NCBI GenBank assembly: GCA_041483895.1
Contig: JBGPGO010000001.1
Location: 192,001 to 256,000, forward strand
Reading direction: 5' to 3'
Length of the DNA: 64,000 nucleotides
DNA from: Fimbriimonadia bacterium
Lineage (GTDB): Bacteria; Armatimonadota; Fimbriimonadia; Fimbriimonadales; JABRVX01
Of this stretch, positions 9,333 through 19,321 are shown piece by piece. The notes under the pieces are model-generated. The model searched no databases. It was given only the letters and a program-made list of their open reading frames with translations, and had not been told where the DNA came from. Both the position numbers and the translations under genes were made by a program. Every line of letters starts with the position of its first letter. Position 1 is the first letter of the stretch.

Positions 9333-10328
9333 CTATTGTTCGGGATGCGGAAGCCTGACAGCGGCGTCCGTCCGAGTGAATTCCTCCCAGTCTTCATCGC
9401 TGATCTTGTAATTCTCACGTTTCTCGACGTACTGGCGAATCTTGTCCATATCCACCACGTCATGGTGAACTCCAACCCCGACAGGGTCGACGGGCTGTTG
9501 AGCCGCACTTCCCGAAGAGCTGGACAGCTGATAAGCGGCAAGCCCGAGGCCCGTTAGCTCCTCATCGTACTGTTGGCATTCGGGACGAGTTTTGAACTTA
9601 GTCGAAGATTCGATCTCTACCAGCCATTTCCTAATCCTCGAAAAAGCCGTATGCATCCGGTGTTTCATAGGCTTTCTATCGTCGGGATTTTCGACCAATT
9701 CACCTTCTTTCGCAAACATCAGTACAGTTTCTCGTTCCATCTCGGAGGGTTTGACGCAATGCAGGGCAAACGCCTTCAGGTTCCTTTGTTCGGCCCCCGT
9801 GAGAGTCGGTCGGGGGCGACCGTGCACTAAGGGCACGAGCAATTCGCCGTGGTTGCCACGCTCATTCTTAAGATCTGCGCGTAGCGTGATGAGGGCAGAC
9901 TCGACCGCCTTGACTTCGCGAAGAGCATCTTCCACGCATTGAAGAGCGGTTTGCCAGGGTTGTTTGAATAGACGCTTTGCCAATCGAGTCGGCAGGTTCT
10001 CGGCTAGTTTCACCACTGCTTCGCGCTTTTTGCAAGTGGAGTAGCTGATGCGCGTCCAAGCGCTTGCTTTCGAGAATCCTTCTTCCCGCAGATCCTCTAA
10101 TTTCCGGAGCCATGCAAACCACATCCGCACCAAGCATTTTGGCCCAATCTCGTAGGGCCCACCGATCTCTTCGATGTCGAGAAACCGGCTACGGTTCCCG
10201 TCTCTCGCGTGACGACGGAGATTCAATGCCTCGAGTTGTTGTTGCAGACGATTGTCCGTAGCAACGATCAAATGGTGCATCAAGAAGGCGAGCTTGATGT
10301 CGTCTTGTTGGCTCTTCGATATCTCCAT
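9333..10328 (-). CDS. Hypothetical protein (island-borne)
   Basis: 331-aa charged ORF filling the gap between CBASS and the recombinases; no motif recognised. Confidence 0.55.
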   Translation of the reverse strand: MEISKSQQDDIKLAFLMHHLIVATDNRLQQQLEALNLRRHARDGNRSRFLDIEEIGGPYEIGPKCLVRMWFAWLRKLEDLREEGFSKASAWTRISYSTCKKREAVVKLAENLPTRLAKRLFKQPWQTALQCVEDALREVKAVESALITLRADLKNERGNHGELLVPLVHGRPRPTLTGAEQRNLKAFALHCVKPSEMERETVLMFAKEGELVENPDDRKPMKHRMHTAFSRIRKWLVEIESSTKFKTRPECQQYDEELTGLGLAAYQLSSSSGSAAQQPVDPVGVGVHHDVVDMDKIRQYVEKRENYKISDEDWEEFTRTDAAVRLPHPEQ

Positions 10329-10564
10329 TTTTTTCCTCTCACAAGAAACTCAGGCTCTAGATTGTGACACCCCTCCTCGTGAGATGCTCAATCCTATGCG
10401 CTCAGAGAGTTCAACTCCAAAGGACGGAGAAGAGACCGCCGGTGTGCCGGTGGATGGAAGTGAGCACGAGCGCCGCGACCAACACGAGGCGGAAAAGGTG
10501 TTGTTGCGGTTCTTCTCGATCCTCTTGCACATTTCTGAGAGCAAATCCAACGGAGGAGCAAAAC

Positions 10565-10759
10565 ATGAAGGGACCTAAGAAACGGGAGGCGTCGCGTCGC
10601 ACCCCTCATCCTAAGGACATGGAAGTCGTGAGAAGTGCTGGCTCGCTGCTTGCGGAAGCCGCACTACGCGCCGCAATGAACCCAAATCAAGGCGAGCGGC
10701 TAAGCATTGCGGACGCTTTGGATACACCAGTAAACGTCAACCACGAGACATCTGTCTAG
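10565..10759 (+). CDS. Small hypothetical protein upstream of the recombinase pair
   Basis: GGAGGAG RBS before ATG 10565; 64 aa with a basic N-terminus. Confidence 0.45.
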   Translation: MKGPKKREASRRTPHPKDMEVVRSAGSLLAEAALRAAMNPNQGERLSIADALDTPVNVNHETSV

Positions 10760-10798
10760 CTCTTTTATGCTACGATAAACTTCCAAAGGAGAAAGGTA

Positions 10799-12883
10799 AT
10801 GAATAACACAAACGAAACAAACCGAGCTATGCCGCACGTTGCCATCTATGCGCGTGTCAGTACCGAGGAGCAAGCAAGAGAGGGCTTTTCCATTAAAGTC
10901 CAGCCTCAACAGTGCATTGAGGAACTCGAAAAGCGATTTGGCAGGAACGGCTTCACCCATGAATCGTTCTCAGACGCCGGCAAGTCCGGATCCTCTGGAC
11001 CAAGACCATGGGAGCCCGATCTCCGCAAGCGTGGCGACCGCAAGGGCCTTCACGAGCTATTCGAAGGATTGCGGCAAAAACGGTTTACTCACATCGTTGC
11101 CCTCAGGCGAGATCGGATCTATCGAAACATCGCCAATTGGTTGGCCTTCAAGGCAATTATGTTGCAAGGCGTCGATCTGATATTTGTCTTGGAACCTGAT
11201 GAAGATGACTCACCTTCCGGCGAATTGGCGTCCGGCATGATTGCTTATGTTGCTCAGTATGAGTTGGACAAGACGCGCGAGAATGTCAAGAATGCGCTTC
11301 GTAAACGGGTAGCACAAGGCTACAAGCTCGGCGCCGAATTATATGGTTGGCGCAAACAGGAATCTCACGAGGTCGAAGCGGGAAAGCGCAAGAGCATCGT
11401 ACCGATTGAAGAGGAGCTTTCGATTGTGCGCCAGGTCAAGGACTGGTATCTGTCCGGGATGTCGTACGCTCAGATTGCTGACAAGCTCAACGATCTTGGT
11501 GTACCAAGACGCATAGCAAAGGGCAAGAAATGGGAAAGCTCGACGATTCGCATCTTGCTGTCCAATCCGACGCATGCAGGCTTGATCAAGAATGCCGACG
11601 GGGACCTCGTACCCGCGGAATTCTATGAGAGCCGTGCGTACGATCCGGAAGTCTACTACCGCATCCAACAGGTCAAGGCGGAACGCAATCGGCGCTTCAA
11701 GGGACTAGCGGCCACCGAACCCCATCGACTGTTCGCAAAAGTTGTGAGTTGCGGAATATGTAGCAAGGCTTTGCGATCCATGATGCAAGGGGACGGCTAC
11801 GCCTACCGATGCAACCAACGCCGATTCGGCCCGGCCCAAGGCCATGTGTATATCGCGGCAAAGACTCTTGAGAAAGCCATACTTTCAGAGCTCGAACGGG
11901 TATCTCAATTGCCCGATGTCTTGTCCGAAGCGGAGAATTGCATCCGTGAGTATTCGGATTCGAACGCAGGCCAACTCGAAGCAGAACTGAGGCGTCTGAA
12001 ACAACATGTCGCCGTTCTGGACTGTAGGAAGAAGGAATTGCAGCGGTCGGTTGTGCGAGGGGAGATCCAACCGAAGGAGTTTCAGCCGATCAGCGATTGC
12101 ATTGAAGAAGCTCGCAGCGGACCGCTAGCATCGATCACTGAGTTAGAGATGCAGCTGACGAATCGCACTTCTCATGAAGAGACATGCCGCAGAGCCATTG
12201 AGGCGCTTCGCTCGTTCCCGACGCTCTGGGGGAACCTCACCGACACCGAAAAGCGCGAGTTCCTCCGGATTGTTGTCGAAAAGGCGGTCCTAAACAAGGA
12301 TGAAAATGAGATGTGGCTGGAGCTCAAACTTTGCATGCTCGATGAAGTAAGGATCGCGGTGCCCCGCCGGGCTATCGACGGCAGGTACGAGCGTCCTCCA
12401 GGTGCTGAGGGGCTTACAGAGCGGCAACTTGCCATTCTATGGCACGTACTTCAAGGCCGCGGACCAAAGGAAATCGCTTCGCATTTTGAAGTGACGCCAA
12501 CCTCCGTCAATGAGATGGGCCGCAAGATCCGGCAGCACTTAGGAGTTGCCGATCTGGTGTCGGCAGCCGCCATGGCTCAGGAGGCGATCAACCGATATGA
12601 GCGCTTCTTGCCAGTCGAAGGCGCCTATTTCCGCAAATATAACTCGCTTCGTCTTCGCGTGACGGAGTATCGTGTCCTAACGGCGCTGGCCGCCGGGTCA
12701 AGTTGGGACGACATTTGCCAACAGGCCGGAATGGACTTACCTCGCCTGAAGAAGGCGTTCGCGAAGGCGGTTGCCAAACTGGGGACCGACGATCCCAAAG
12801 AAATGCTTCGCATTGCTAAGGACCGGAACCTGCTGCCATCGAGACTAAAGCGAAAGGATGAAAATGGGAAGGACCTCCTCTAA
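10799..12883 (+). CDS. Large serine recombinase with two C-terminal LuxR-type HTH domains
   Basis: YARVSTEEQ, DRIYR, recombinase domain, CGIC..YRC Zn ribbon, coiled coil; then LTERQLAILWHVLQG..KEIA..IRQHLGV and TEYRVLTALAAG..AVAKLG. Confidence 0.85.
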   Translation: MNNTNETNRAMPHVAIYARVSTEEQAREGFSIKVQPQQCIEELEKRFGRNGFTHESFSDAGKSGSSGPRPWEPDLRKRGDRKGLHELFEGLRQKRFTHIVALRRDRIYRNIANWLAFKAIMLQGVDLIFVLEPDEDDSPSGELASGMIAYVAQYELDKTRENVKNALRKRVAQGYKLGAELYGWRKQESHEVEAGKRKSIVPIEEELSIVRQVKDWYLSGMSYAQIADKLNDLGVPRRIAKGKKWESSTIRILLSNPTHAGLIKNADGDLVPAEFYESRAYDPEVYYRIQQVKAERNRRFKGLAATEPHRLFAKVVSCGICSKALRSMMQGDGYAYRCNQRRFGPAQGHVYIAAKTLEKAILSELERVSQLPDVLSEAENCIREYSDSNAGQLEAELRRLKQHVAVLDCRKKELQRSVVRGEIQPKEFQPISDCIEEARSGPLASITELEMQLTNRTSHEETCRRAIEALRSFPTLWGNLTDTEKREFLRIVVEKAVLNKDENEMWLELKLCMLDEVRIAVPRRAIDGRYERPPGAEGLTERQLAILWHVLQGRGPKEIASHFEVTPTSVNEMGRKIRQHLGVADLVSAAAMAQEAINRYERFLPVEGAYFRKYNSLRLRVTEYRVLTALAAGSSWDDICQQAGMDLPRLKKAFAKAVAKLGTDDPKEMLRIAKDRNLLPSRLKRKDENGKDLL

Positions 12884-14408
12884 CGGAAAATCGAGGCGCT
12901 CCACTGCCGTGATCTATGCGCGCGTTAGTTCCAAGGAGCAAAACGACGAAGGCTACAGCATTCCCGCTCAGCTTCGGCTCCTGCGGGATTATGCGCGCGA
13001 GAAGGGCATTGAGGTCGTTGAAGAATTCACGGATGCTGAAACGGCAAAGCAAGCCGGTCGAACTTCGTTTGCCAAGATGCTTCAATTCATCAAGGCAAAA
13101 TCTATCTCCACGATACTTGTTGAGAAGACCGATCGTCTCTACCGAAACTTTGCCGACTTCGTCAAGGTCGACGAATTGGGGTCCGAACTCCATTTTGTTA
13201 AAGAAGGTCAGGTCATCAGCGTCGAATCGCGGAGCGCCGATAAGTTCATGCATTCGATTCGGGTGTGCATGGCGAAGAACTACGTCGACAACTTAAGCGA
13301 AGAGATTCGCAAGGGCATGGCAGAGAAGGCGAGGCAAGGAATCTATCCGACCCACGCGCCCCTTGGCTACCTCAATGCTCCCGACGGTCCGAGGAAGAAG
13401 ATCGTACTGGATCCGGATCGAGGAGTACTCGTCACTCGCCTCTTCGAAGCCTATGCAAGCGGCTCATACTCTCTGACGCAATTGACACAGTTCGCTCGCG
13501 AGATCGGATTGGTGACAAAGAAGCATCACCAGGTGCAAAGGAGCAACATCGCCCTGATGCTCCAGAGCCCTGTCTATTCCGGCCGAATCGTATGGAACGG
13601 CGAGAGCTACCCAGGCACCCACACACCGCTTGTCGACAAGCTGACCTTCGATCGAGTCCAGGACATACTGCACGGCCGGCGCAGTAAGGCCGGGTTTGGC
13701 CATAGGGAGTTTGCATTCAAAGGGCTCGTATATTGCCGATGCGGCGCGGCCATGACCGGCGACATTAAGAAAGGGAAATACATCTACTACCGATGCAATG
13801 GGCGCAAAGGGCTGTGCGACAAGCCGAGTGTGAAAGAAGAGGTTTTCATTGACCACATCCGGGATCTGCTCTCAAGGCTGTCGTTGCCTCCTGAGATATT
13901 TGAATGGCTGAGGACGGCGCTCAAATCAAGCTTGGACGACGAACAACGATTTCGCCAACTAGAAGACGAGCGGATGGAAACGAACGCAGCACAGATCAAA
14001 AAGCGCCTCGAGACGCTCTACCTCGACAAGATTCAAGGCGATGTGTCAGCCGAGTTTTATCGCGACACCCGGCAGAAGTGGGAAGAGGAACTAGACGATA
14101 TTCGGGCCCGCCAGGCTGCGATGAGCCGGACTGAGGGCGCATATTACGACGATGGACTTCAATTGCTCGAACTCGCGAGAACAGCCGCAGACAGGTACGA
14201 ATCGGCCTCCGTGAGCGAGAAACGGGAACTCTTACAATGTATCTGTTCGAACTGCATCTTTGACGGCAGCACCATCTCCGTCAACCTGCGAAAACCGTTT
14301 GATTTGCTCCTAAAAGCGCCCGAATTCGGCAGCGTGCCTAATGCCGCAAAATGCCCAGATTCCCCAGCAAATCAAGATTGGTGGAGGCTAGCGGACTCGA
14401 ACCGCTGA
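12858..14408 (+). CDS. Large serine recombinase (integrase) adjacent to tRNA-Ala
   Basis: YARVSSKEQ, DRLYR, APLGY, CRCG..YYRC; last 10 codons overlap the tRNA on the opposite strand. Confidence 0.9.
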   Translation: MKMGRTSSNGKSRRSTAVIYARVSSKEQNDEGYSIPAQLRLLRDYAREKGIEVVEEFTDAETAKQAGRTSFAKMLQFIKAKSISTILVEKTDRLYRNFADFVKVDELGSELHFVKEGQVISVESRSADKFMHSIRVCMAKNYVDNLSEEIRKGMAEKARQGIYPTHAPLGYLNAPDGPRKKIVLDPDRGVLVTRLFEAYASGSYSLTQLTQFAREIGLVTKKHHQVQRSNIALMLQSPVYSGRIVWNGESYPGTHTPLVDKLTFDRVQDILHGRRSKAGFGHREFAFKGLVYCRCGAAMTGDIKKGKYIYYRCNGRKGLCDKPSVKEEVFIDHIRDLLSRLSLPPEIFEWLRTALKSSLDDEQRFRQLEDERMETNAAQIKKRLETLYLDKIQGDVSAEFYRDTRQKWEEELDDIRARQAAMSRTEGAYYDDGLQLLELARTAADRYESASVSEKRELLQCICSNCIFDGSTISVNLRKPFDLLLKAPEFGSVPNAAKCPDSPANQDWWRLADSNR

Positions 14409-14454
14409 CCTGTTGCATGCAAAGCAACTGCTCTCCCAACTGAGCTAAGCCCCC
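14379..14454 (-). tRNA. tRNA-Ala(TGC)
   Basis: GGGGGCTTAGCTCAGTTGGGAGAGC..TTTGCAT..GGTTCGAGTCC..CTCCACCA; G3:U70 pair; encoded CCA. Confidence 0.97.
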
Positions 14455-14598
14455 AAAGAAACAATCGCGTGGGTCTAGGTGGTCTACCATCGGACAGTTG
14501 TCGCCGATCCGACCCACGACACCATGCTGTCCAACGCGGGCCGTAGGTTGACGGAAAGAGAACATCCGGCATGCCGGCCCGCGCCTATAGAGGTATCT

Positions 14599-14674
14599 TG
14601 GTGGGCCCAGTTAGATTCGAACTAACCACCTCACCCTTATCAGGGGTGCGCTCTACCGAATGAGCTATGAGCCC
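14599..14674 (-). tRNA. tRNA-Ile(GAT)
   Basis: GGGCTCATAGCTCATTCGGTAGAGC..CTGATAA..GTTCGAATC..GGGCCCACCA. Confidence 0.97.
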
Positions 14675-14686
14675 AAACCGACGGCC

Positions 14687-14695
14687 ATTATACCA
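14687..14695 (-). promoter_or_regulatory. Extended -10 promoter for the tRNA-Ile-Ala pair
   Basis: TGGTATAAT 12 nt upstream of tRNA-Ile. Confidence 0.55.
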
Positions 14696-14741
14696 TTGTG
14701 GGCAGATAGGACCCCCACCCCAACCCTCCCCCATCCAGCAG

Positions 14742-15404
14742 TCAAAACAGCCGCATCTGTTCGTCACCGGCCGGGGCCTCGACCGGCTGCTGGGCCTTTT
14801 GCCAGGCCCGCTCCAGATCTTCCCGCAGCTCCTGCTCAGCGTTCGCGTACCCCTCGTTCATCCGCCGCAGAATATAGGCCGGATGAAGTGCGGCGGTAGC
14901 GACCGGGGCCCAGCGGCAGGGATAGAACTGCCCCCGCATCTGCGAAATCTTGAAGTTCCTGTCGATGACCAGCTTGGCGGCGGGCGCGCCGAGACAGCAG
15001 ATCACACGCGGGCTGATGATCGATAGCTGCGAATCCAGCCAGCGCGTGCAGGCCTGCACCTCCTCCGGCATTGGGGGACGGTTCTGCGCCCTGCCATCGA
15101 CGGTATCGAACGCACGGCACTTTACGATATTGCATATATAGACATCGCGGCGATTGACCCCAAAAGCCATCAAAGCCTTGTCCAGGCAAGCCCCTGCCCG
15201 CCCGACAAACGGCCTGCCGCTCGCATCCTCATGCTCGCCCGGCCCCTCCCCTATCAGAACCAGTGGGCTTTCGGCATTCCCCTCCCCGAACACGACGGTT
15301 CGCCGCGTCTCGGAGAGGACACATGCGGTGCATCCCGCCGCTTGCCCGCCCAGCACGGCCAAGCGACCCGATTTGTCCATCTCGACCGCCGCGGTGTTGC
15401 TCAC
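14742..15404 (-). CDS. Uracil-DNA glycosylase family 4 (Fe-S)
   Basis: CTACVL, IGEGPG, PFVGRAG, NIVKCR, LHPAYIL. Confidence 0.92.
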   Translation of the reverse strand: MSNTAAVEMDKSGRLAVLGGQAAGCTACVLSETRRTVVFGEGNAESPLVLIGEGPGEHEDASGRPFVGRAGACLDKALMAFGVNRRDVYICNIVKCRAFDTVDGRAQNRPPMPEEVQACTRWLDSQLSIISPRVICCLGAPAAKLVIDRNFKISQMRGQFYPCRWAPVATAALHPAYILRRMNEGYANAEQELREDLERAWQKAQQPVEAPAGDEQMRLF

Positions 15405-15886
15405 TTGTGGGCCTCCTCGCTCAATCTTTCATACGTCTTTTGGAGGGCTTCGGGCATGACGCGCACGTCGGCCAGCAACGGCATGAAATTTGTGTCTCCC
15501 GACCATCGAGGAACGACATGGATATGGATGTGACCCTCAATGCCCGCCCCTGCGGCACGGCCCAGGTTTGCGCCGATGTTGAATCCTTGGGGGCTATAGG
15601 CCGATATGAGCCATTTCCGGCACTCGCGCAGAAGACGGAACATCTCCAGCATCTCGGCGTCGGTCAATTCATCCAGCTCGGCGCTATGACGGTACGGGGC
15701 GACCATCAGATGCCCGTGTGAGTAAGGAAACGCGTTGAGCATGACAAAAGCCGTCTCGCCGCGAAACACGAGCAGGTTTCCGGCATCGTCCTTCTCTATC
15801 GGCTTGTCGCAGAAGATGCAGCCTCCAGATTTGTCCGCCTGCTCGATGTATTCCAGCCTCCACGGCGCCCATAAGCGCTCGGCCAC
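15401..15886 (-). CDS. HIT-family nucleotide hydrolase/phosphorylase
   Basis: LWAPWR, CIFC, NAFPY..GH, GAGI..HIHIHVVPRW. Confidence 0.92.
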   Translation of the reverse strand: MAERLWAPWRLEYIEQADKSGGCIFCDKPIEKDDAGNLLVFRGETAFVMLNAFPYSHGHLMVAPYRHSAELDELTDAEMLEMFRLLRECRKWLISAYSPQGFNIGANLGRAAGAGIEGHIHIHVVPRWSGDTNFMPLLADVRVMPEALQKTYERLSEEAHK

Positions 15887-16037
15887 GCGTCACCTCGTCT
15901 AGAAATGGGAATTCTTTCGCGGCCAAACAAGTCCTGCCCAAGAAAATCCTGGTCAGATTGTGTACCATGTTGTATTATAATGATGGTTAGCATTACGATT
16001 AGAGTTGGTGAACCTGCTTTCAGTGCATTCTTGCTTC

Positions 16038-17777
16038 ATGCGTGTCTGTTTGACCTGCGCGGTCGCTCTCATTGGGTTGACCTTCGGATATGGGCAGGTG
16101 AAGCAGGAGTGGCTGCGCGGATTTGACGGGCAACAGACGACGTCGATTGTCCCCACTTCTGACGGTGGGGCGGTGGCTTTGGTTGAAAAGAATGGGACCA
16201 CGTTCACGATTGCCCGAATGGCAACCGACGGACAGATTGTGTGGTCTCGCGATGAGTGGGTTACCCATTCATCGGCGGAAGCACCATATTCAAAGCTGTA
16301 TCGCGGTCCGAACGGATCGTGCTACGCCGTTTTGCGGGGCACTTTCACGGGTTCCGTCGGGTATGGCGTTCTGATCGTTCGGTATGGGGACGATGGCTCG
16401 GAGATTTGGCGCCGCATCTACGATTTGGGTGGCGATCCCTCATCGTCAAAGGACCTTTTCTATGATGGCTTCGTCGACGCCGAAGGGAATCTCTATCTGA
16501 CTGGGAGCCGATCGTTGGGATCGGTGGCGTTCGGCCCCTTCGTTGTAAAGTATACGGCAGCCGGCAGCATAGCCTATGCGGTTACGCCCGTGATGGCAGG
16601 CGTCGCCGGAAAAAGCATCACTGTGGATTCGGAAGGGTCCGCGTATGTGGCCACCAGCACAACGAACTCCCTGCTAACGCAGACTTCCGGCGCGATGGCG
16701 ATATCTCCCGGCGGGCTGTTGGATTGGTCGGTAAAGGTCAGCTCGGACAGCGCCGATCAGCGGGTCGGGCAGATCGGTTTGACCCCGGATGGCGGCTGCA
16801 TCCTTGCCGGCGCAACGATCGATTTAACCGGCAAGTGGCGGGTGATGCTCGCTCGGTTGACCGGAACTGGGGCGACGAGCTACTTCATGCAGTTGCCGGG
16901 GCTTTGGCTGCCAAACCCGGATAGCTATTTGGGAATGGTGCAAACGGATATCCGCATCTTCCTCGCCGGCACCGACGTTGGAGCGAATGGCGACGTCCAG
17001 ACGGGATTTGTCACGGCAATGGCGCTCGACGGGACCCGTATCTGGACTAGCTCCATCCGGGTTGGGCACGGCACGAGCCTGTTGGGAATCGCTCTCGACG
17101 CCGATTCACAGATTTATGTAACCGGCCAGACGACGCTCGGAGACGCGACCTCGCGATCCATATTTGCGACAAAATATCGCGCAAGCGGGGAGCGATTGTG
17201 GTCGACCCAGGTCGCGACGACGCGAATGCAATCCGTTTACAAATTCGCTCCGGTTGTAATGTCACCGGACAACACAATTCTCGTTGGCGGGCCGGATTGG
17301 AGCAGCTCGCCTTCCTCATTTGTAGCCAAGCATTCCGGCCTGTCATCCCGATTCCAGGTCGAGGTGGATCTCGATGTTCAGAACTACTCGATAGGGAAAG
17401 ATGTGGTAGGCAATCTCGATCTGATGGTGCTCGGCGGGTCGGCGACAGGGACTGAAGGCTATGCCCTGCAGCGCGGACGAAACATCATCACGCCTCTAAG
17501 CGCCCCAGGCAGCTTCGATTTGCAGATCACCGTGCCGCAGGGGTCTTGGCTGAAGCGCCATTTGCACGCGGCGCTTGCCGACCAGACCGAGATAAGCGCC
17601 ACGTTGCCGAATGGCGATGCCACTAGGGACGGCAAAGTGAATCTGTTCGATCTCTCCATGGAGTTCATATTATTTGGGAGTTCGGACCCGTCAGCGGATA
17701 TTGATGGGGATGGCGCTGTCACCCTCGCCGATCTTAACAGCGTGTTTCAGAACTTCGGCATGGTCGCCGACGACTAG
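16038..17777 (+). CDS. Secreted beta-propeller repeat protein with C-terminal dockerin-like domain
   Basis: Signal peptide; repeated D..G..Y.TG..KY...G...W blades; NGDATRDGKVNLFDL..ADIDGDGAVTLADL. Confidence 0.7.
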   Translation: MRVCLTCAVALIGLTFGYGQVKQEWLRGFDGQQTTSIVPTSDGGAVALVEKNGTTFTIARMATDGQIVWSRDEWVTHSSAEAPYSKLYRGPNGSCYAVLRGTFTGSVGYGVLIVRYGDDGSEIWRRIYDLGGDPSSSKDLFYDGFVDAEGNLYLTGSRSLGSVAFGPFVVKYTAAGSIAYAVTPVMAGVAGKSITVDSEGSAYVATSTTNSLLTQTSGAMAISPGGLLDWSVKVSSDSADQRVGQIGLTPDGGCILAGATIDLTGKWRVMLARLTGTGATSYFMQLPGLWLPNPDSYLGMVQTDIRIFLAGTDVGANGDVQTGFVTAMALDGTRIWTSSIRVGHGTSLLGIALDADSQIYVTGQTTLGDATSRSIFATKYRASGERLWSTQVATTRMQSVYKFAPVVMSPDNTILVGGPDWSSSPSSFVAKHSGLSSRFQVEVDLDVQNYSIGKDVVGNLDLMVLGGSATGTEGYALQRGRNIITPLSAPGSFDLQITVPQGSWLKRHLHAALADQTEISATLPNGDATRDGKVNLFDLSMEFILFGSSDPSADIDGDGAVTLADLNSVFQNFGMVADD

Positions 17778-17804
17778 TCGGGCCCCTTCGGTATACTGCC
17801 GGGC

Positions 17805-19079
17805 ATGCTGGACCGCCAACTATTGAGGGAAAATCCCGACCTTGTCCGCGCCGGTGTGGCCCGGAAACACATGGATGCTCCGATTGACGATCTCCTCGCC
17901 GTCGATTCCGAATGGCGGAAGCTCAAGACAGAGGGCGATACCCTGCGCGCTGAGTTGCAAAAGGTGAGCAAGGAGATCGGCGCGATGAAGGCCCGGGGCG
18001 AAGACGCCTCGGAAGTGATGGCGCGAACCCGCACGCTAGGGGACGATATCCGTGACAAGGAGGAGCTTGTCAAGGGACTGGAATCTAAGCTGGCTGAGTT
18101 CGAGCTTCAAATCCCCAACTTGGCTCATGCGAGCGTGCCCGACGGAAAAACGGAAGACGATAACCAGCAAGTCCGATCGTGGGGAGAAAAGCCAAAATTC
18201 GATTTCGATCCGCTCCCCCATTGGGACCTGGCGGAAAAAACGGGGATTCTGGACTTCGAGCGGGGCGCGAAGATCGCCGGCAGCGGGTTCATCCTCTACC
18301 GCGGTCTGGGCGCTCGGCTGGAGAGGTCGCTGATAAACTTCATGCTCGATACGCATATCGGGCGGCACGGATATACCGAATTATTTGTGCCGTTCCTGGC
18401 CAATCGGGACACGATGACCACGACGGGCCAACTCCCAAAATTCGAAGATGACATGTATCGGCTGCCGGAAGACGACTTTTTCCTGATCCCGACGGCAGAG
18501 GTCCCGATAACCAATATTTTCCGAGATGAAATACTTCCCGCAGAAAAGCTGACCGCCAAGTTCTGCGCGTATTCCCCCTGCTTTCGGCGCGAAGCTGGGG
18601 CGGCCGGGCGGGACACGCGGGGCCTCTTGCGGGTCCACCAATTCAACAAGGTAGAACTGGTCAAGTTCACGAAACCCGAGGACTCCTACGATGAGCTTGA
18701 GACGCTTTGCACCGATGCCTGCGCGATATTGGAGGCGCTCGGTCTGCACTATCGAGTGTCGGTTCTGTGCACGGGCGAGATGAGCTTTTCGAACGCCAAG
18801 TGCTACGACATCGAGGTCTGGTCGCCGGGGGTCGGGAAGTATTTGGAAGTCAGCTCGTGCAGCAATTTTGAGGCGTTTCAAGCGCGTCGCGGACAGATAA
18901 GATTTCGGCGCGAGCAGGGTGCCAAGCCGGAGCTGGTCCATACCCTAAACGCCTCCGGCACAGCATGTCCCCGGCTGTTTTCCGCAGTTGTGGAAACCTA
19001 CCAGCAACCCGACGGCTCGATCGCCGTCCCACCAGCCCTGCATTCGTACCTGGGCACAGACATCATTTCCATCGTATAA
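17805..19079 (+). CDS. serS: Serine--tRNA ligase
   Basis: N-terminal coiled coil, [37 protein letters not shown]. Confidence 0.97.
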   Translation: MLDRQLLRENPDLVRAGVARKHMDAPIDDLLAVDSEWRKLKTEGDTLRAELQKVSKEIGAMKARGEDASEVMARTRTLGDDIRDKEELVKGLESKLAEFELQIPNLAHASVPDGKTEDDNQQVRSWGEKPKFDFDPLPHWDLAEKTGILDFERGAKIAGSGFILYRGLGARLERSLINFMLDTHIGRHGYTELFVPFLANRDTMTTTGQLPKFEDDMYRLPEDDFFLIPTAEVPITNIFRDEILPAEKLTAKFCAYSPCFRREAGAAGRDTRGLLRVHQFNKVELVKFTKPEDSYDELETLCTDACAILEALGLHYRVSVLCTGEMSFSNAKCYDIEVWSPGVGKYLEVSSCSNFEAFQARRGQIRFRREQGAKPELVHTLNASGTACPRLFSAVVETYQQPDGSIAVPPALHSYLGTDIISIV

Positions 19080-19088
19080 TAGTATGGT

Positions 19089-19316
19089 ATGACAAACAAA
19101 ACGATACGCGGCACTTGGGATGAAATCGCAAGCAAATATGCCGGAGAGTTGAGAGGGCTCGAGGTGGAAGTGCGCGTTGTGAACGGCGAGGATGGGGCTA
19201 AGGGTTCGTTTGACCCTGTTCGGTGGGATCACGCGATGCGGATCATCGAGTCGTTTCGGGGCAAACTGCGATCGTTGCCAGACGAGGCGTTTACGACCGA
19301 AAGTCTCTACGATTAG
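19089..19316 (+). CDS. Small antitoxin-like protein (paralog of 60716..60943), no adjacent toxin
   Basis: IRGTWDEIA..ELRG..VEVRV resembles IEGTWEEVS..ELKG..VQVRV. Confidence 0.55.
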   Translation: MTNKTIRGTWDEIASKYAGELRGLEVEVRVVNGEDGAKGSFDPVRWDHAMRIIESFRGKLRSLPDEAFTTESLYD

Positions 19317-19321
19317 GGGCC

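Larger units (their letters stand above)
1..14408. mobile_element. Genomic (defence) island integrated at the tRNA-Ala 3' end; left boundary not seen in the window
   Basis: Integrases abut the tRNA 3' end; defence cargo and recombinase remnants lie to the left; core genes start right of the tRNAs. Confidence 0.65.

Noticed and set aside
1..14378. attL direct repeat of the tRNA-Ala 3' end
   Set aside because: Not found by eye; it probably lies left of the window, or is too short to spot
14455..14741. rRNA operon around tRNA-Ile/Ala
   Set aside because: No 16S or 23S sequence; the flanks are protein-coding
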